A DNA stretch of 57,166 nt, filler included, from Isurus oxyrinchus (Eukaryota), in assembly GCA_026770705.1 (NCBI GenBank). It is 2 parts of 2 records of this genome, joined end to end, with 100 filler letters (N's around TTAATTAATTAA, not from the genome) between each part and the next. Parts side by side here need not be neighbours in the genome. Positions count along the whole stretch, not along the records: positions 25,824 to 57,166 come from JANJGN010000002.1; 1 more part is not named here. One strand, 5' to 3'. Both the position numbers and the translations under genes were made by a program. Of this stretch, positions 50,995 to 57,166 are shown in pieces; positions within the stretch are counted from its first letter, which is position 1; each line of letters begins with the position of its first letter. The notes below the pieces were generated by a model that saw only the letters and a list, made by a program, of their open reading frames with translations, searched no databases and was not told where the DNA came from.

Positions 50995-52890
50995 GAAGGA
51001 CTTTGGAGTGAATGCCCACAGATCCCTGAGGATAGCAGGATAGATCGATAAGGTGGTTAAGAAGGCAAATGGAATCCTTTCAATTATTAGCCAAGATATA
51101 TAAGAGCAGGGAAGTTATGCTGGAACTGTATAAAACATTAGTTAGGCCACAACTTGAGTACTGTGTGCAGCTCTGGTCACCTCATTACAGAAAGGATGTA
51201 ATTACACTGGAGAGGGTACAGAGGAGATTTACCAGGATGTTGCCAGGACTGGAAAATTGCAGCTATGAGGGGGGATTGGATGTGCTGGGGCTGTTCTCCT
51301 TGGAACAGAGGAGGCTGAGGGGAGACTTGATTGAGATGTACAAAATTGTGAGGGGCCTGAATAGAGGGGCTGGGAAGGGCCTATTTACTTTTGCAGAGAG
51401 ATCAGTGACTAGGGGCATAGATTTAAAGTGACAGGTAGGATGATTAGAGGGTAGATGAGGATTGGGCTGGGTGGCTTGTTTTCGACTGGCGCAAACACAA
51501 TGGGCCAAGTGACCTCTTTCTGGGCTGTAAACTTTCTATGATTCTACGAGATGACATAGAGGATATTCGGGATAGAATTAATAGTCACATGGAAAAATAT
51601 GGGTTGATCAGGAAGAGCCAGCATGGATTTCTAAAGGGGAAATCATGTTTAACTAACTTGCTGGAGTTTTTTGAAGAGGTAACAAAAAAAGGTCGATGAG
51701 GGTAATGCTGTTGATGTGGTGTACACGGACTTTCAAAAGACATTTGACACAGTGCCACACAACAGACTTGTGAGGAAAGTTATAGCTCATGGAATAAAAG
51801 GGACAGTAGCAATGTGGATACAAAATTGGCTGAAAAATAGGAAGCAGAGGGTAATGGATATTTTTCGGGCTGGAGGGAGGTTTGTAGTGGAGTTCCTCAG
51901 GGGTCTGTATTGGGACCCTTGCTTTTCCTGATATTTTTTAATGATCTAGATCTTGGTGTGCAGCGGACAATTTCAAAATTTGCGGATGTTACCAAGCTTG
52001 GGAGTGCTGTGAACTGTGAGGAGGATGGTATGGAACTTCAAAAGGACGTAGACAAGTTGGTGGAGTGGGCACATAGGTGGCAGATGAAGTTCAATGCAGA
52101 GAAGTGTGAGGTGATGCATTTTGGTAAGAAGAGCATGGACAGACAATTTAAAATAAGGGGTGAAATTTTGAAGGGTGTGTAGGAGCAGATAGACTTGAGT
52201 GTATATGTGTATAGATCATTGAAGATGGCAGGATAGGTGGAGAGAGCAGTTAATAAAGCATATAGTATCCTGGGCTTTATTAATAGAGGCATAGAGTACA
52301 AGAGCAGGGAGGTTATGATGAACTTATATAAGACACTGGTTAGACCTAAGCAGGAGTATTGTGTACAGTTCTGGGCACCACATTATAGGAAGGATGTGAA
52401 CACATTGGAGACAGTGCAGAAGAGGTTTACAAGAATGTTCCAAGGATGAGAAACTTCAGCTATGAGGATAGATTGGAGAGGTTGGGACTGTTCTCCATGG
52501 AGAGAAGGCCAAGAGGATATTTGATGGAGATGTTCAAAATCATGAGGGGGCTGGACAGAGTCGATAGGGAGAAGCTGTTCCCACTTGTAAAAGGATCAAG
52601 AACAAAAAGGCACAGATTTAAAATGATTTGCAAAAGAAGCAAATGTGATGTGAGAAAAAACTTTTTCACACAACGAGTGGTTTGGGTCTGGAATACACGG
52701 CCTGGAAGTGTGGTGGAGGCAGGTTGAATCAAAGCATTCAAGAGGGTGTTAGATGATTATTTGAATAGAAACAATGGGCAGGAGTACAGGGAAAAGGCAG
52801 GGCAATGGCACTAGGTCATCATGCTCATTTGGAGAGTCAGTGCAGACACGATGGGCCGAATGGCCTCCTTCTATGCCATTAAAATTCTGT
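50995..52890 (+). mobile_element. Two adjacent CR1 LINE fragments
   Basis: LYKTLVRPQLEYC; QHGFLKGKSCLTNL; ISKFADVTK. Confidence 0.9.
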
Positions 52891-53701
52891 GATCCTGCGA
52901 TGTGAGGTGGCATGAAGTGGGCATTGAAGATATGAGGGGTGGATATAAGGGAGTGTTTTCAGGACCTTTCAAACTCACCTGTCAAAAGTTCCCAATTCTT
53001 CATGATGCTCCCTCAAAGGCTCACGAGCTGACTCACCTGGTGGGATTCTCACAGTCATTGAAGTCCCTCCTGTCGAGACCTCAATAATGTGGGGGATTAA
53101 ATTCAACTTTCCCCAAGGACTTGATCATAGAGACCCTGATGTCACAGGGCGTGGGTGCGGGGTCAAGGGCTGACACGTATCCTGAATATTGGAAGATTGC
53201 CTGGGTCAGGAATGGAGGGGTAAGTGTGAAACTCTGGCCCCAGTGGGTCTCATTTTACCCATTTGTGAAAATTCTGGGAAGGTGTATTACGGGCTGATAG
53301 GGTAGGATATAGAAGAGGATCAGCAGCAGTAAACCAGCCAGTGTGTGGTAAAGGTGCAACTATTGTGCAGGAATTTTGAAGTTTTAAACTTTTTCCTTTA
53401 TGTTTCAGGTCAAATGAACCTTTTTAAATGACTGTTCAAGTCCTTCCAGTAAGTCAGCTGTGAACGTTGTGAAATTCATCCTTTAGATAGTTTGTTCTGT
53501 GGTGCAGGAATGTGCACTGAATGGATAATATCAGCAAGTTGTACACTTGTATCACATCGTTCACTCCCCTTGTTGCAGGCAGCAATCTTCATGCTGAAAG
53601 AGTTAGTTAATCATCTGCAAGTCATCGTTTTTAACCAGGAGAGGATTTATAGTGGTCGTGCTTCAAACGATATTATTTTCGATTCTCTTGAATATCAACA
53701 G

Positions 53702-54049
53702 GTCCACTGGCTGATCCCGTCCTTCTCCAGTATCCAAATGCTAGCAAGGTGCCAGAGGGTGAGACGGTCGAGCTACAATGTGCCATGCACAATGCCGGTG
53801 TGAATGATACCGATGTCCACTGGTACCGCCAGAGACCTGGGTACAACAGCGAGTGGGTGTTGAGCCAGTTTGTGAACGGCACTGTTACCAAGTCCCAGGG
53901 TTTCCACGGCTGTTTTCAGCTTTCCAGGAATGTCAGCAGCAACAGTTACATTCTGACCATTGTGAACGTGACCCTCAATGATACTGCTGTCTACACTTGT
54001 AGCGTGTGGAGCTACATCTATGGAGCAGGGACCCAGCTCAATGTAACTG
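53702..54049 (+). CDS. Germline-joined VJ-type Ig V domain 3
   Basis: CAACAG|..PLADPVLLQYP...VELQC...WYRQRPG...DTAVYTCSVWSYIYGAGTQLNVT..|GTAAGT; phase 1-1. Confidence 0.93.
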
Positions 54050-54194
54050 GTAAGTCAACTGGCGTGGGCATGGAAGGGAAGGGAGTACATGTTTGCTGTG
54101 CTTCTGTCAACAGGATTGCAGAATGCTAATTCAGCCCACTGTGCCGAAGATTGAACTTGGTTGGATCGGTTAGGAGAGCCCTGAGTGAGAAATA

Positions 54195-55352
54195 GAATCA
54201 TGGAATCATAGAATTGTCACACTGCAGAGGGAGACTGTTCAGCCCATCGTGTCTGTACTGGCTCCCCGAATGAACAATTTACCTCGTGTCACTCCCCCAC
54301 CTTCTCCCCGTAACCACTGCACGTTCTTCCTTTTCAGATAACGGTCTAATTCCCTTTTGAATGCTTCAGTTGAACCTGCCTCCACCACACTCTCAGACAC
54401 TGCATTCCAGGTCCTAACTGCTCCTTGGCTGCAAAAGTTTTTTCTCATATCGTTTTTGCTTCTTTTGCCAATAACTTTAAATCTGTGCCCTCTCACTCTC
54501 AATCATTTCACGAGCGGGAACAGTTTCTTCCTATCTACTTTGTCCAAACCCCTCATGATTTTGAATACCTCCATGAAATTTCCTCTCGTCCTCTTCTCCA
54601 AGGAAATCAGCCCCAGTTTCTCTGATCTATCTTCATATCTGAAGTTCCTCACCCCTGGAACCATTCGTGTGAATCTTTTCTACACTCTCTCCCATGCCTC
54701 ACATCTTTCCTCCAGTACAGTGCCCGGAGCTAGATGCAATACTCCAGCTGAGGCTTAACTAGTGTCATATTCAAGTTCAACACACCCTCCCTGCTCTTGT
54801 ACTCCATATCCCTATTAATAAAGCCCAGGATACTGTATGCTTTATTAACTGTCATCTCAACTTGCCCTGCCACCTTCAATGATTTATGCACATATACACT
54901 CAGGTCTTTCTGTTCCTGCCCCCCCTCCAGAGTTGTGCTCTTTACTTTATATTGTCTCCCCATGTTCTTCATCACATGTCTCTGCATTAAACTTCATCTG
55001 CCACCTGCCCACCCACTCCACCAACTTGTCCATGTCCTTTTGAAGTTCTACACTGTCCCCCTCACAGTTCACAATGCTTCCAAGTTTTGTATCATGCACA
55101 CATTTTGAAATTGTGCCCTGTGCACTAAGGTCTAGGTCATTAATATATGTCAGGAAATGCAAGGGTCTCAACATTGACCCCTGGGGAACTCCACTACAAA
55201 CGTTAATGGCTGATCCTGGGCTTCAACTCCATTTTCTCACCCACTCCCCATATCCCTTGATTCTCTGAGAAACTAAAAGTCTGTCTATCCCAGCCCTAAA
55301 TGTATTCAATGATGGAACATCCACAACCCTCAGGGGTAAAGAATTCCAAAGA
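54195..55352 (-). mobile_element. CR1 LINE fragments
   Basis: LTYINDLDL; NKAYSILGFINR; RGHRFKVIGKR. Confidence 0.9.
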
Positions 55353-55915
55353 TGGTCCCTAAGCCAGTGTGCTTTGGTGAGTGTGGACTGGCGGAGGAAA
55401 GGGGATCATTCCTGATCCTCCCAAATTCACAGAAACAAGACTTTGGAAGTTCTGGGTTATTTTGGAATGTTTTCTGTGATTCTTTTGGTATTAGCCCAAA
55501 CTGCCATCAAATCAAGGACCTTGCTAAATGACTTACCTTTGTGCTTGTTTTACACCCTTAAGGTAACAATGTGAAAGTAAGGGGCTGTTATATTGCATAG
55601 GTCTTTCATTCAAGGCTATTAATTTGCCATGTATTAAGGGGACAGTTTTTGACCTAATCCACCCACAAGACACCTGATGGAATAAGGTGCAGCTCTGGTC
55701 TTGCAACCTGCCTGATTTAATTTTCCATCGAGCTCAGTGATGAATGATAAATCATGGAGAGTAAAGCAGACCTTCCATCTGATTGTGTCAGTGTCCTGAC
55801 TGAATGTAACGGTTAAAATTACTCCTAAAAACTCTAATCTCAACTAACTTTGCTGACAATCTTGGACATTGCTCATTCTGAAGCTGCAGTGTGTGTACAT
55901 TCTGATGTTTTACAG

Positions 55916-56066
55916 ATGAATCATCCTACAATAAGCCCTGGACTTCAGACCTTATTGTTTTAAGCACGGGCACAATTCTGGGCTTTGCTGTCTTGTTCTG
56001 CATTGCTCTGGCCACATTTTATCTTGTAAAAAAAAGGTTGTGCTTGGCAAAGAACTCTACACCAGG
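55916..56066 (+). CDS. Transmembrane exon of the VJ-type receptor (not in ORF track)
   Basis: TTTTACAG|..DESSYNKPWTSDLIVLSTGTILGFAVLFCIALATFYLVKKRLCLAKNSTP..|GTAAGT; hydrophobic span then KKR; phase 1 in, phase 2 out. Confidence 0.85.
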
Positions 56067-56264
56067 GTAAGTATGATTTCATCTTGTGTCTGATACACTG
56101 ATCACAAGTCGTTATTTATAACTTGCTGCTTTTAGTGAGGTCTGACACTTCCCTTGTTCACATTTGGTGATCTGCTACTGTTGAGACCTTCACATGTCCA
56201 GATGCCCAGTTGCTGTTCGTCATCTCCAACTGTCAATGCATCATACTCACTCCAGCATTGACCC

Positions 56265-57166
56265 ACCGTGACAAATAGGATAGATTTCAAACAGATCTAG
56301 CAACTCAAGACTGGGTAACCATGAGACGCTGTGGGCCATCAGCAGCAGCAGAATTGTACTCAAACACAATCTGTAACCTCATAGCCCGGCATATCCCCCA
56401 CTCTACCATTACCATCAAGCCAGGGAATCAACACTGGTTCAATGAAGAGTGCAGGAGGGCATGCCAGGAGCAGCATCAGACATACCTAAAAATGAGTTAT
56501 CAACCCCAATGAAGCAACAACACAGGACTACTTGTGCACCAAACAGCATAAGCAGCATGTGATAGAGCTAAGCGACCCCACAACCAATGGATCAGATCTA
56601 AGCTCTGCAGTCCAACCACATCCAGTCATGAATGGTGGTGGACAATTAAAGAACTCGCTGGAGGAGGAGGCTCCACAAATATCCCCATCCTCAATGATGG
56701 AAGAGCCCAGTACATCACTACAAAGGATAAGGCTGAAGCATTTGCAACAATCTTCAGCCAGAAGTGCTGAGAAGATAATCCATCTCGGCCTCCTCCAGAA
56801 GTCCCCAGCATCACATTTGCCAGTTTTCATCCAATTTGATTCACTCCACATGAAGTCAAGAAATGGCTGAAGGCACTGGATACTGCAAAGGCTCTGGGCT
56901 ATGACAGTATTCCAGCAATAGTACTGAAGACTTATTCTCCAGAACTTGCTGCACCCCTAGCCAAGCTGTTCCAGTACAGCTACAACACTGGCACCTACCC
57001 GGCTATGTGGAAAATTGCCCAGGTATGTCTTGTACACAAAAAGCAGGACAAATCCAACCTGGTCAATTACTGCCCCATCAGTCTACTCTCGATCATCAGT
57101 AAAGTAATGGAAGGGGTCATCAACAGTGCTATCAAGCGGCACTTGCTTAGCAATAACCTGCTCACT
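56265..57166 (+). mobile_element. LINE ORF2 fragment
   Basis: WFNEECRRAC; MWKIAQV..VHKKQDKSNLVNYCPISLLSIISK. Confidence 0.85.

Noticed and set aside
40216-54049. Conventional rearranging TCR/IgL locus or germline-joined IgL cluster
   Set aside because: No heptamer-spacer-nonamer, no separate J segments and no C1 exon; a TM exon follows V3 directly

Overview
Vertebrate genomic DNA, most likely from a cartilaginous fish (shark-type CR1 LINEs, Deu-domain SINE, 32-bp CAGTGCAGCACTCCCTCAGTACTGACCCT minisatellites). It contains two immune-receptor loci on the + strand in a repeat-rich background. (1) 1-24.5 kb: a Siglec (CD22/MAG/CD33-type) locus. One reconstructable gene (leader-V-C2-C2-[gap]-TM-cyto-terminal exon, 471 aa, essential Arg present) is preceded by duplicated 5' cassettes. 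Its single TM exon is followed by four tandem ~3-kb cassettes, each with an intact pair of cytoplasmic exons; three have a broken ITIM plus ITSM and the last has an ITIM-like motif plus ITSM. (2) 36.4-56.1 kb, continuing past the window end: a non-rearranging, antigen-receptor-like gene. It has a leader exon (carrying an in-frame TAA), three single-exon germline-joined VJ-type domains (QSP...C...WY...YxC-xVW...GxGT) with no complete RSS and no C1 exon, and a TM exon. Two N gaps are present, one with an artificial TTAATTAATTAA linker between the two loci. Exon boundaries were read by eye; repeat boundaries are approximate.
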